NCBI RefSeq assembly: GCF_002113885.1
Contig: NW_018405595.1
Span: 1,653,965 to 1,717,964 of the forward strand
DNA: 64,000 nt
Source of the DNA: Mizuhopecten yessoensis
Lineage: Eukaryota
Reading direction: 5' to 3'
Shown here piece after piece: positions 50,045-62,771 of this stretch; positions within the stretch are counted from its first letter, which is position 1; the number at the start of each line of letters is the position of its first letter. The notes beneath the pieces were generated by a model. It did not search any database. It worked only from the letters and a program-made list of their open reading frames with translations, and was not told where the DNA came from. A program made the position numbers and the translations under genes.

Positions 50045-51720
50045 CTCTTGTTAAATCAATCAGTCGCCTTAACCAGGTCCTCCCCGGAACCACAACCCGA
50101 CAACAAAAGTTTAAAAGACCGACTCAAGACTGGGGTTCTTTAAGGGTAACCTTTTGCCTTTGTTAAAATTCTGACAAAGCTGCAGATCTCTTTTCCACCT
50201 TGTCTCTTGGCAATCTAGCCACCATGTCCTGTGTGTCGAGTTCTATACCCAAAAAGGTAAGGCATTTGGTAGGTGTGACTGTTTTTCCTTCTTGATAGGG
50301 ACCCCCACCAGCTAACACTGGGCACTGGTTAGTACTAGCTGGGCCAATAAACAAAAGATCATCCAGCACGTGAACGACCCATGGAGCTTGAAAATAAGTT
50401 TGCATAACCCAGAGTGGAGGGCTGAGCTGACCTTTTCGAAGAGCTGACAAGAAATTGAACATCAAATAGGTAGACACCTATCATAATAATTGGAATCCCC
50501 TACCAACGGTCGCACAGATACAATTCTGAAGGCAGCTCCTAAATCTGTTTTTGATAATAATGTTCCCCTGCCAAACATATTTAACTGAAAAATTGCATCA
50601 TCCAAAGTTTCATAATGAACTGTTTTGTCCTTATCACTTATGCAGTCATTGATAGAGGTCCCTTCGGGAAAAGATAAGTGATGAATGAGTCTATATTCGC
50701 CTGGTTCTTTTGTGGGAACCAAATTCAGGGGAGAAATTTGTAAAGTTGTGAATGGCTTGACAGAAAAGGGGCCTGTGATCCGATTCAAGGCTATTTCTTG
50801 AGAGAAAAAAAATTGTAACAACACCTCAGGGTTTCTTGTAGCTGAAAATAAAGTTTGCCTTAATCTGAATGAACGAACACCATGAAATTGTAATGAAAAA
50901 CCTTCCAAAAACCCTGCTTGTAAAAATTGAAAAGAATCCCTATCATAGCTAGTCTGTCAAATTTAATAGGCGTTATACTTGAAATGTTGTTAGTTGATTT
51001 TAGGTTTACGTGCGGAGGAGGGTTTTGAGCCGCCACTGGAGGGAATCTGTGTGTGGTTGTCTGTTTTCGAACATTTCCGAAAGGAATGAGGACCCCCACA
51101 GGATTTGCTAAGGTGTTTGAACACACAGTGTTGGCAATTACATACGCCTTTTCTTTGAAAGGCAAAGCAATCTTTGCCCTGTGTTGATTTGCCCTGGGCA
51201 TGCCCCGGAGGATTAGTGTGGGCATTCTGTCTAGGCTGACCTTTTCGAGCCAAGTTATAGCTCTTGGTTAACCTGGTCAAAAGGCAGTTGGTGTGGAGCC
51301 GCTTGTCTCCATTTACGAAAATTAACATCATAATGGTTAGCAGAAAGGCCCAGCTAATTCCGGCTTGGCCAGGACAACCACAGTTACAAATACCTGAAAC
51401 TCTGTTTCGTTTTCGGAATTAAACCCAGGGTATTGTCAGTTACTGTTACTGTATGTTTAACTGCTGTGAACCATTGGTTGAAAAAAGGGAGCCAAAATCT
51501 ACATATTGATCCGCCCAAATGTTTTGTTTAGTGCGGGTGTCCACATGCATATTAAGGGGCGGGAGACGCTAGACATTATAGGTGTACCTATGTCATGAGT
51601 TGTGTTATGTTAGTCATGGCTTGCTCCACCAAAAAGGAGGTGCCAGCAAGCCGTTTTCATATTATTTAACCCGTTCGAAATGAACGTAGCCTACACCTTT
51701 GACAATATCACCGATATGTA

Positions 51721-51802
51721 CCTATCACCACACAGCCCGTCTATAGACGGGCACCAATCACCACACAGCCCGCCTATACACGGGCACCTATCACCACACA
51801 GC
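51721..51802. repeat. 33-bp tandem repeat (2.5 copies) with an internal palindrome
   Basis: Unit cctatcaccacacagcccgtctatagacgggca. gcccgtctatagacgggc is a perfect 18-bp palindrome. Confidence 0.85.
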
Positions 51803-53314
51803 ATTTGACAAACCATATCATGCAACACTAATATGTATTATACACGTTACGATTACTGGTACGTTACTGATACCCACACCGCTCACGTTTTGCTGCAGTG
51901 TAATGCAAACGACAACATAAATAAATCAAGCTTAAAACGACATTGGTGTCCTCCTTTGACTCTGAAAAACCTTAACTCTATTTCTTTTTACAATATGACT
52001 GCGTTAGTATTCGTCAGGTAGGTACACTATCTTAATGAACTGACTTGTGACGGCTTTGTGTTATAATTTGTATGCACTTCCATTATCAACCTGTATCTGT
52101 ATAGAACTGCACTTCACGTCATAGCACAAGGACATTGACACTGTGCCTTGTTAAAGGTGATCGATTTGGATATAACGCTCAGTAATTATCACGTAAAGTC
52201 CTTTTAAACTTGACACTACAGATGTTTTTTTCCCACAGTCTTTTGTTCGTGTCTTATATGTATTTCTAGCTTTGAATTATTTGTCTGCAATTTATTGATT
52301 GACCACTTTTACATATATGCTATTTTGATTGAAAATTGTGACCAACTCATCATGGTGAAAATGTTCAATGCTAAAAGCAATCCTTCGTTTGACGTTACCG
52401 GTTTTATCTATCGATTCAATAGCCCTATTTTCTACAAATTGATATGCAATTCAACTTATGTATTATAAATTCATATATTGAATATGTTCAACATATAAGA
52501 GATCAATTTGTTATAACTAACTGGGCATAGATTAGAAAAAAACACTGAGTCATCATTTGTATGCCAACTCGTGGAGCATCCCATGACAATAGGTATAGTT
52601 TGAGTTGTAATCTATATTTTGATATTGCGAGTTAAGACAATTTAAATTTTGAGACGCTTGCCTAGCCGGTCACAATAACGAAGCCTATCAACGATCAAGT
52701 ATCCGGAAGATAAGTTACGGCAGTGTTCAAAAGTAGTCACACAACCTAAGGCCAGAAAAGGGGGTATTTCGATAACAATCTCCTGGTTGTACAAAAAGTT
52801 CAAGTAAAAATCTTACTTGTAAAGCCGGTTTTCTGTTCACTGAATCATAATAGTTTAACGAGATAAAAACAAATTAGCAAGAATAATGTTGCAGTAACAT
52901 TGTACAGAGTACAGTGATGTGGACCACAGGTTACTGGAACAATATATACTGACCACATTGAATATCATTATTTCATTTATGTGTAAAGGTTATCCCAGAA
53001 AACATGCTATTTACACTGTACAATATTTCTTCTACTGTCACGATAATATTTCTGTTACACGAATTTAGCAACAATCTCTTACAATACAAATGTATGAGTA
53101 TTATGCTTAACCAAAACCACTATTTACTACAACCTTAGGTTCATGTAAAAATGTTAATTGCAATGTATTTCAGTCATCAAAGAGCAAATAGGTGTGGCAT
53201 TTCAGTGAACTTGGTATATTTCTATGTTATGTAAATAACTTAATCGGTTTTTCTATTATATATTGCATTTTTCTATAATTCAGCATTTTCAGGTTTTTGA
53301 GACACAAGGTCAGT

Positions 53315-56300
53315 ATGATGAATACTGCGACAGACGATGCCTCAGTACGCGACAGTGTGAGAGACTATTATGGGAAGAGACTGAAGACAGTGGATGACCT
53401 TCAGACTCAGGCATGTGTGGCCCCTGGAAGAAAGGTTTCTAAATCGTTAAAAGAAGCCATAGACCTTGTTCACGAAGTTGTCTCTTCGAAGTAAGTTAAG
53501 TGAAATCAGGTTAAATTTGACGGGTGGGAAAAATAATGCGTTTTGTTAGGTAGATAAACTATGTGGTTTAAAATATACAATTACGTGAAGCGCGGTATCT
53601 TATGCAGATGACATTATATCTATTTACCTCACCGTGGATGGACTATCTGTATGGCTCGACGGTGGTTGAGATCTTGTGTTACATGTACCTATAACGACCT
53701 TTTTTTTCATAAGACGTCTACTGAATACCAACGGCTGCAAATTTAAAGGAAATGTAATAGCATAGTATACAAAAAAAAAAAATGCTTAATTTGATATATA
53801 CTGAAAGGATAAAGAAACGCAGGGTTAACATTTGAGGTGATTTAATGGCATGTATTTGAATGTTATATACAATATTTCGTATAAGTATTAAAAACAACAT
53901 CTTTAATAAACACATTACCAAGAGACCAATAAATCATGAGTAATTGAAGCACATTTGACGGTACCCCCAAATATTGCAAAGTAAAATCGACTGACTCGTC
54001 CCCCCGTCCCCCCGATGTGTAAACCTCAAGGGTATGAAGTAGTATGACAAGATGTGTTGACGAAAGTGTCATCATTATTCTACACATGTTTGTTGCATTT
54101 TAACACTTTCTCTATGTGACACGGTACATTACACGGTTGAGTAACTTAACTGAAGGCAGCGGTTCGAGTGCAATACCAAATACTCGTCGGACCGGTTAAT
54201 ATAATTTTACGTAATTTTAACATGAATTTAGTAATTTTTGCATATTTTGTTATCCTGCGTTTCTTTATCTTTAAAAATTCTCAGCCTTGGTAGTTCCCGT
54301 CGTTAAGGTGTTGTCAAGGGAAAACCGACTAATTATCAGCGTGATATATAAAAAGACAGTATATGTATTTTGATAATTATATAGTGTTTTACAAATCAAG
54401 CTATTATGCCTCATCCAAGTGCCACTATTTAAGTTTAGGAGAAAATAGTTATTTTTCATATCAATTAAGAAATCATTATCATATTGATGTCATATACGTG
54501 ACAATATTTGGTCCGTGGCCAGGTACTATGGATGTGGGCTTGTAATCCCAGAGAAGCTTGAAGGGATGAAGATTTTGGACCTTGGGAGCGGCAGTGGTCG
54601 TGATTGTTTTGCACTCAGTAAGCTGGTTGGTCCTACAGGTCATGTGACAGGAATCGACATGACAGATGAACAGGTACTGTCGCCACAGACATAATGGGGT
54701 TCAGCTATATAGTCTGTCAGCGTGATGGCCAGGAAGTACCAAGGAATGTAGCATGTTATCATGCAGGTTGTGCATATACTAGAAGAAATTATTGGGTCTT
54801 TTGATATGGTCTTTAATTTCTTAAGTTTTAGCTCGTTTGCCTGTGAACTCATGCAATAATGAGGTATCAGTCATTTGTCTGTCTTAGATTGTTCAAATCA
54901 CACTTGACGTTAATATGGATGCAAGATTTTAACATTTGTTCCCTTTTTCAAGTCTGAAATATTCAAAGAGTTGGTGTATCAAATTCAGGATGACAAAGAG
55001 AGGAAGTCTTCATAAGATTTCTAAGGTATTAATAACTGTATTGCTCAGGGGTGCAATTTTTGCAAAGAATTATAATAGTACAGAGCTTTGAAATGTTACA
55101 CGTGTTACTGTGTTGAATTTGTATGCAATTCCTTAAATCCATACGTAAGTTTGCATGCATGAAGAACTTTCAAATTCACTCAGCTCAATAACATTGACAA
55201 AGTCACAGAGATAGAAATATGTTAAAATCTTTAAACGACCCTTTTTTCAAGATTAATTAGGCATAGAACAAAGATATTTCGATTGTAACATGTTAGGATG
55301 AGGAGTTGTTACTTGATACAGATAAATAACGTTTGTGCATTATAAAGGTTCAAAGGTCGAATGTGATGAAACGTTAACCGTTTTTTCTTATGAACCAAAA
55401 ACTGTACAGCTTTTGCTGAGGTAAAATTACTTTCACTTTAAATCATCAGATTTACGGTCATTAAATATCCTAACAATGCCTGCAGCATCGATATTTGGAA
55501 AGTAGTGAAGGTGGGAAAAGTCTTGCTTGTATATACATGTATGTTTTTTCAAATTAATGCTTAAACCCAATAATGACCAATGTCATCTCTAAACTTGCTG
55601 ATTTTCAGTCTTTTATTTTTGATGGCAGCTTGATGTAGCCCGAGAGTACATAGAATATCATACAGAGAAGTTCGGCTATAAGGAACCGAACATTGACTTT
55701 GTAAAGGGTTACATAGAGAAGCTAACAGATGCAGGACTGCCATCAGACCACTATGACATCATCGTGTGAGTGAATTGCATCACTATTTGAGAAAACATTA
55801 TATCACCGTTTTTCCACTTTTACATTCAAAATGTTGGGATCAGTTCATTTTAACTGGCAACTATACTATATCTTTTTCGTATTTACCCCTTTGTGATAGA
55901 AATTTGGCTAGCACCTCCTAGTCAGATATTGCTGAACAAAATGGAACACTTTGGTTGTTGGTATAACGTAATGGTGAAATGATTATTGATATATATTGTG
56001 TAGTATTCATTATATTAATAGAGGGTTAAATAGCAAATATAAACAGAAAATTAAGTTTATTACTCTTTGCTTTGAAATGGCAATGCGTGCTGCTGTTATA
56101 ATGTTAGTTGTTAGCTATCTTAAAACAAATATAGTTTCATTGGCGTTTATCTGCACTTTTGCAGCACATAATGTGTTACTATTGGGCTTATGTGTATTAT
56201 TAGTGTTTATTGGTTATTCCAGCTCCAATTGTACGGTGAACCTGTCCACCGACAAGAAGGCTGTCCTGCAGGAGTCCTACAATGTCCTCAAGGTAATGAA

Positions 56301-59300
56301 GTAACACGATGATGGCTTTACATGTGATGTGCAGTGGCCAGTCTTTAATTGGGACAAAACACCTGGTGAAGTAGGATATAAAGATAATGGAAAATTACAC
56401 ATTATTATGTTGCGTTGAAGTACTGCTATTGCATACACTTATGTATACAAGCATTTAAAACGATTTTGGGTGGTCGGGTGGCGTGAAAAGGTATGGGGTC
56501 ACCTGTCCGACCACGTGCGTTTTCTCCTGGTCATTCGGTTAACCCAAACAGTAATACCCTCGCGCGCTAACATCTGGGCCAACAAGAGTGATTAGTATAA
56601 GTTGTATAAACTTGTTTCCTTATTGCTGTAAAATATAAAAAGATTATATAGAATAAAATAATATTATTTTATTCTATATTTTTCTTCGCAAAGACCTGTT
56701 TATTTATTATCTACTAAAGATTATGTATCTATATTTAAAAATTATTCCCTTCATTCTGGATTCATATTTGTTTAAACGTACGAATAATAATTATATGTAT
56801 ATTATATGGTTAATGTCTTGATTTTTGTTTTGTTATGTAATATTTACCTTTTTTACATTCCTGCTTTATGAGATGAACCCAGTTACAATGTCTATACCGA
56901 GTGAAATCCGACTGGTTAGAAAATAACGGTTGTGTTTATTTTCTTTCTTTCAAATCTTACAATAATGAAATAACATTTTCTTCTAACTTAAAATAAAAAA
57001 TGATTTAGAAGAAATGTTTACAAAAGTCTAGCATACACGAGCCAAACCCCAGTTTCTCCTAAGTCTACGTATGTAAGATTATAAGACTATTTTATGTCAA
57101 GTGGTATAGGATAGGGAAAGTCCACCCGAGGGTTTTTTAAATTCGGTAAAACTCGAATTACAAAAATAAGCTCAGATACCATGAAAATGCGTTAGGACTG
57201 GCTACGATTTTGAAAAAAAGCCCTCCAAGACGTCATTAGAATCACTGTGACAATCTTCCTCGGCAAGCGACACTACCTCAGAAACATAGTTATTACAAAC
57301 AGGCATGCCCTGAAGGTCTTGCATTGATCTATTTTAAGCATCTCGTATATCCGTTACCTTCAAAGTTTGTCATTGTTAAAATTCATTTAACGGCCTTGAG
57401 AGCATGCAATCCTAAATATCATTCCTCGGCAAGCGACACTACCTCAGAAACATAGTTATTACAAACAGGCATGCCCTGAAGGTCTTGCATTGATCTATTT
57501 TAAGTAATACTTTATGTAGACCGTACCCTTTTCTGCTCTTTTCAAGTATGGCCGTGGATGTTTGCATACCTTATCTACGTTTTTGTTCTAAATTAAGTGT
57601 TGTGTTTGCATTGTGTGTATCGTGTGTTTAGGAAAACTTCGGTTAAGAGGTTGGAGAACAGTATTAATCATTAATGTATGTGAGTATGGATAGTCTACAC
57701 CTCTGGTGCAGAATTTGGTATCAGAACCGAGTCTCTAAGGTTTGCTCTATTAGTATTTCACAATTTGTAAACTAATGTTATGCTCTTTCAAATGGTATAT
57801 TATGTTGAATCAAATAAGGCATATTGACGTCACTATTTGTCATAGCTATCTACCTTGACGTACAGCTTGTTTCAATCTCGGTTTACTATGAAAAGATTAC
57901 TTAACGTTATAGTCAAGGCAATATCTAAATGTATATGATTTCAGGAAGGTGGGGAACTTTTCTTCAGCGATATCTACGCGGATCGAACTTTGGAAGAGTC
58001 AATACGCAAACACAAAGTATTATGGGGTATGTGCATGCTACTTATAGACAATATGGATCATATATTATAATTATGATACAATGCATGTCATTAATTATCA
58101 ACGAAACTATGAAGTGTTAAGTTCTATATCTTTATAATCCTCCTGAAAATGTTGTAAATGTTTAATTATTTCCCATTTTGCCCTGGATACATATGATAAT
58201 ATTGATGGAATGAAAAACGTAAAATAAAAACCTGCGTCATACAATTATAAGACATGGTTAACAGAAAAGTACCTCTTTTAATGTTGCCAAAATGAAGTTT
58301 CCCCTCAAGTTATAAATGCGACAATAGTATAACAATTCTGATCTTATATTAGGATTCCAACTTTGTAAGGATATAAATGACATTTCGTTTGGCAAATCCC
58401 TATATTTCCTTTGAAGATTCAATTTAAAGCTTAATGTGTCGTCATGTTTGATTGTCACACAACACGGGTTAGCTCACCAACAATGTGTGTCGAAAGTAAA
58501 CGTGAATGTTAATAAACTTTCAAAGTACAAAAGCCTTATGTAGAAGGTCTACAAGCATAAGATTAATACAGAAAATAAAGGTTACCTCTTAGAAAAATTA
58601 TATCCTCGGATTTCCAACTGTTTTGCCCCTATCAATACAGATTGGTCCTAGAAAGACGACACAGTAGTGTGATGCAGTGTATTCATTTTTAGCGTACTGT
58701 ATCTATCACCAAATGTTGTCATTCGGAATACCCTTTCGTCATTTTCTACGAAACTGAGGTAGCAAAGGCGAGGTGTTCCGAATGCAAATGTTGTAGGTGC
58801 CAATACTTATGTTCATCTTTCCTATTCCATCTTTGCGTAATGCAGAGTTATCTTCTCTTGGGAGCAGGTATTGATTGTTACGTCATTTGTTTGTGAGAGT
58901 AACGTCATCAATTTTTGAGAAAACGACGTGATTTTCTCACACAAACCAATGACGTAACAATCAATACCTGCCCCCAAGAGAAGATAACTCTGCAATACGC
59001 AAAGACGGAATATACGATAAAAATGATCAGAGAGTAGTGGGGTTAGACTGTTTCAAACAAGGTGGGTAAGCTTGTAGAAAAGTACCGATGGAAAAGTCTT
59101 TACAGAAACTTAGGGGCTGGTGACCAGCCTATAGTGCCGTTGATAGCGACTGACCGGCTGAGACACGATGTAGTCTTAGAAATGCACATGTATTATAACA
59201 AATATGTGTAATGGTATAAAAATTGGGCAAAAAAAGAGTGCATTATCTTCCATCTTTAATGCCTTAATGTTGGCAAAAGCATCTCGTATATCCGATACCT

Positions 59301-59833
59301 TCAAAGTTTGTCATTGTTAAAATTCATTTAACGGCCTTGAGAGCATGCAATCCTGAATATCATTACTTCATACTCTTTTCATCTTTGTTGAATGATTATA
59401 AATATTACTAAAATTGGTCAATGTTTGATAAATATTGTCGAAAATTGCCCATTATTGTTAAAAAACTGACAATAGCCAAAATGATAGCTAGACATATTTT
59501 GTTGAATGGTTATTGGAAGCAAATAAGCTTAATTTGTTATGTCATTACCATTAAAAAAAGGTGAACGATACCGGTGACCCTCTTCATTCCATTTTTCAAA
59601 CAAGAAAATTGGAATAAAAAGTTTATTATAATTGCGAAAGACTCTGTCATAAGGTGATTCGTACATGTGATGTTAAATAAACTCTATGTATTCCCTAACA
59701 GGTGAGGGCTTTGGTGGAGCTCTATGGTGGAAGAAGCTACATGACCTGGCTAGTGAGACTGGCTTTAGCAAGCCTTACATGGTCAGCACATCACCTATCC
59801 CCGTCGACCGGGAGGACTTCAAGGCAATCGTAG
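53315..59833 (+). CDS. AS3MT: Arsenite methyltransferase-like SAM-dependent methyltransferase, partial (3' exons not found in window); exons 53315-53490, 54523-54673, 55629-55765, 56223-56292, 57945-58026, 59702-59833
   Basis: Phase-consistent GT-AG exons read VRDYYGKRLKTVDDLQTQACV...KYYGCGLVIPEKLEGMKILDLGSGSGRDCFALSKLVGPTGHVTGIDMTDEQLDVA...GYIEKL...DIIVSNCTVNLSTDKKAVLQESYNVLKEGGELFFSDIY...HKVLWGEGFGGALWWK. This is colinear with vertebrate AS3MT. Confidence 0.95.
56490..56640 (+). mobile_element. SINE-like fragment in AS3MT intron 4
   Basis: gcgttttctcctggtcattcggtt...cgcgcgctaacatctgggccaacaagagtgattagtataagttgtataaacttgtttc...gtaaaatataaa resembles mollusc CORE/V-type SINE 3' halves, from memory. 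Confidence 0.4.
57256..57504. repeat. 83-bp direct duplication (57256-57338; 57422-57504) bracketing an 83-bp copy of 59280-59362
   Basis: Direct sequence comparison; the insert differs from the downstream copy at two positions. Confidence 0.9.
58823..59012. mobile_element. Foldback MITE, ~75-bp TIRs, TA at both ends
   Basis: ta-ttccatctttgcgtaatgcagagttatcttctcttgggagcaggtattgattgttacgtcatt... pairs with ...aatgacgtaacaatcaatacctgcccccaagagaagataactctgcaatacgcaaagacggaa-ta. Confidence 0.85.
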
Positions 59834-59885
59834 GTCAGTACTGTTTTAGGAGACAACCGGTCAACAATACTGGAAAGTGACCAAC

Positions 59886-60071
59886 TACGGCTGTTACGGC
59901 ACGATTTCTTACCCCGACACGATTTCTCACCCGGGTGAAACATCGTGCTAAAAGTGTTGCGGTCACAAATCGATTTCTCACCCTAACACGATTTCTCACC
60001 CGGGTGAGAAATCCTGCAAAACATATGGGCATAGGTGACACGTTTTCTCACCCGTCATGATTTCTCACCCC
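59886..60071. repeat. Probable DNA-transposon end with reiterated cgatttctcaccc motifs
   Basis: About 6 copies of the motif, including the perfect palindrome atttctcacccgggtgagaaat (59991-60012). No partner end was found. Confidence 0.55.
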
Positions 60072-61009
60072 TACTCTCAATTAGGGATGAATTTTGTCCG
60101 TGGTGTCTCAAAACTTGCCTTAGTGTACATGTAATATATGAGCTGACATGATTTCAAATTAGTAGTAGTTCAATGTACAACATGCCTTATATTTATTGAT
60201 TGATTTATCCATCAAACTATTTATTCATATCTTATTATATCATTTATTGCTTTTTACCGGAAGTCGATATAAACCCCTAAAACATATAAACATTACATTT
60301 TATGACTACTTGTTTCTATGCTATGTTTTGGACTACATTTTCAGGGTTTTGTTCATATAAACAAATGCACTTCAGGTCTTCATAGCATATGCAGTTGTTT
60401 TTTGTTATATAATGTTGTTTGAAACGTTTAACATATCAGACCACAGTTACCTTAAAAGTAAGTCAAGTGTGCTGCAACCGTTCAAGGTATCTGCTGGTCA
60501 AATATTAAGACTACCTGGCACAGGTGGTACATACATATATTTGATAGACTACTGACGTATGATACCACAGCATAGCATTACAGACACTTCGAGGCAGGAG
60601 AGTAAAAATATTTGATAAACAATAAAATAAAGTAACTTGTAACTAAAAAGACCACAACAGGATTAGAGAAGAGACAGATAAACAAACCAGTGTTCAAAAA
60701 TTACTGAGACTGTGATAGGTGTTGCAGAAAATTAACGGATTTTACATCATAGTATGTAATACTTTTCGTAATGTCTGTCACCTTGTTGAAGGTCACCAGC
60801 TTTCTAAACTCAGGTGAATATGTTTTAAATTATGTATGCACTGGAATGCTTTAGGTGCAAATCAGATGCAAACAAAATCCGATACTCTTTGTTATTTTTC
60901 AATCATACAATATGTATTTTGTTCACATAGATTCAGTGAGGCGCGAACCGGTTGACATTTACGGTGACCCGTTAGAGCTGTAATATGAAACGATTTATCA
61001 ATGAATGCC

Positions 61010-62368
61010 GCTTTATTGTCATGCTGGATTTGTCAGCTGCATTTGACGTTATCGACAATGGCATACTTTATAAATGTCTTGAGTACTATTATGGAGTGTT
61101 TGATACCGACTTTGGTGGATACAGTCTTATCCGAATTAACGACGACAGTGTGTTGCCATCAGATGTACCATATCACAAGAACAAGTACTAGATTTCAGGG
61201 TTACGCAAGGGTCGGTGTTAGGACCACGAAAATGTTGTCTGTACTCCAATCCGAACGGAGAGATTTGTCGTCGCCATAGCCTTCGCTATCATTGCTATGC
61301 TGATGAGACACGCATTTGCATGGTCATCAAACCACAGGGCAGTTGGGATACAATTACAGAAATTCTGAAAGCTTGTCTGACAGATATCAGTACCTGGAGG
61401 AACGCAAACATTCTAAAGCTTAATCCGGAAAAGACGAATCTAATCGTCTTTTCCCCAAAGTGTCAGCATACAATGGCTCTCCAGGTCAAGGTAGGGGCCA
61501 GAACTATTGAGACTGTCCGAGCTGTTAAAAACCTAGGGGTATACTTTGCTAGTTCACTGAACATGGAGAAACAAGTGGACGCTATTGCCAAATCCTGTTA
61601 CTACCAGATCAGGAACATCGGCTGTATCCGTCAGTTTATAACTGCAAATGCATGCAATATGTTGGTGCATTCACTTGTTACATCGCAGTTGGCTTATGGT
61701 AACGCCCTGCTCTGTGGTATATCTGACAAACAAACTAGTCGTCTGAAGAGGGTCAGGAACACTGAAGCACGGCGGGTTACTCGTACTCGAAAGTTAGAGC
61801 ACACCTGTGCTGTATTCATTGCACTGGTTACCTGTACGATACAGGTCACTGGACACATTTTTGTGTACACATACAAGGACATACAAGAACAACTCCCCAG
61901 TACCTACATGAGCTTGTTATCCTGTATCAGCCGTCACGATCACTGCGGTCGGAATCAGAATCATTGTTGTGTGTCCCAAAATCTCGTACTTTGACCTATG
62001 AAAACCGGTGCTTTAGGAAGGTTTCGGCCACGTTGTGGAATAGCTTTCCATCTGCTATTAGAAAGTCAAATACCCTGGAAAATTCAAGATAGACATCAAA
62101 ACTCACGTCTTCATGTCTGCATTTTTGGCTCTTTGCAAAGACGTCATATAAATACCCCTCTTTGTGTATTCATTTATGTGCACATCGCGATAATTATCTG
62201 CTTGCTTAATATATAAAAGTGATAGTAAGCCTTTGTTTTTTGTTTCACAATTATAACTAATTATATATAATACTATTATCCATATGGTGTAAAGCGCTTT
62301 AGAGTAATTTTACAAATTAAATAGGGCGTTATATAAATGTTGTATATCATTTATTGTTATTATTATTA
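61010..62368 (+). mobile_element. 5'-truncated, decayed L2/Crack-type LINE (RT relic) in an AS3MT intron
   Basis: LDLSAAFDVID, QGSVLGP, HCYADET, LKLNPEKT, VKNLGV, LVHSLVTS.L.YGNALL, with frameshifts. Tail gtaaagcgctttagag...gggcgttatataaat...(tta)n. Confidence 0.88.
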
Positions 62369-62771
62369 GAGAATTAACACATATGCTACCACTTCTTGTG
62401 ATGGCAGTACCTGTTTTTATCTATTTATCTATTATTCATATACTTTTCATTCCCCTAAATATCCTAAACATAGAGACGTTTTCTAAAGACATTTTGCGCG
62501 AGATGTACCGTATATAAAATAATATGCAAGTCATATCTAACAAAGGACACCTTTCTTTGGCCAAAGGAACAAAGGACACGATTTTTTACACAACATGAAC
62601 TTACTAAAGCAGATGTGAAATCATTGCTCTGGAAGGGTACATACATTTCCTTTTTTTATTATAAAGTATAACAATATATACTCGTAAGAGGAACCGTTAC
62701 ACCATAAGGTGCCGAAGCTAACCAAGTAGTCGCTAGTGATGGATCAGAAAATGATCGCAATGCCATAATAC

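Larger units (their letters stand above)
48340..51500 (-). mobile_element. Degenerate DIRS/Ngaro-type tyrosine-recombinase retrotransposon (gag zinc finger, RT, RNase H, YR); ends approximate
   Basis: Gag-like CFAFQRKGVCNCQHCVFKH..CGGPH. RT EYRLIHHLSFP, SIND, KTDLGAAFR, HVLDDLL, FLGIELD, PGRTWLRRLIDL. RNase H FTDAS, HINVKELFPI, SDNQTVV. YR N-terminal part STITSYRSAISYVHK, RKPIT, LLAFHAFLQIGE. Many frameshifts and stops. Confidence 0.9.

Noticed and set aside
59707-59709. Selenocysteine at the AS3MT Cys206 position
   Set aside because: The codon is GGC, not TGA.
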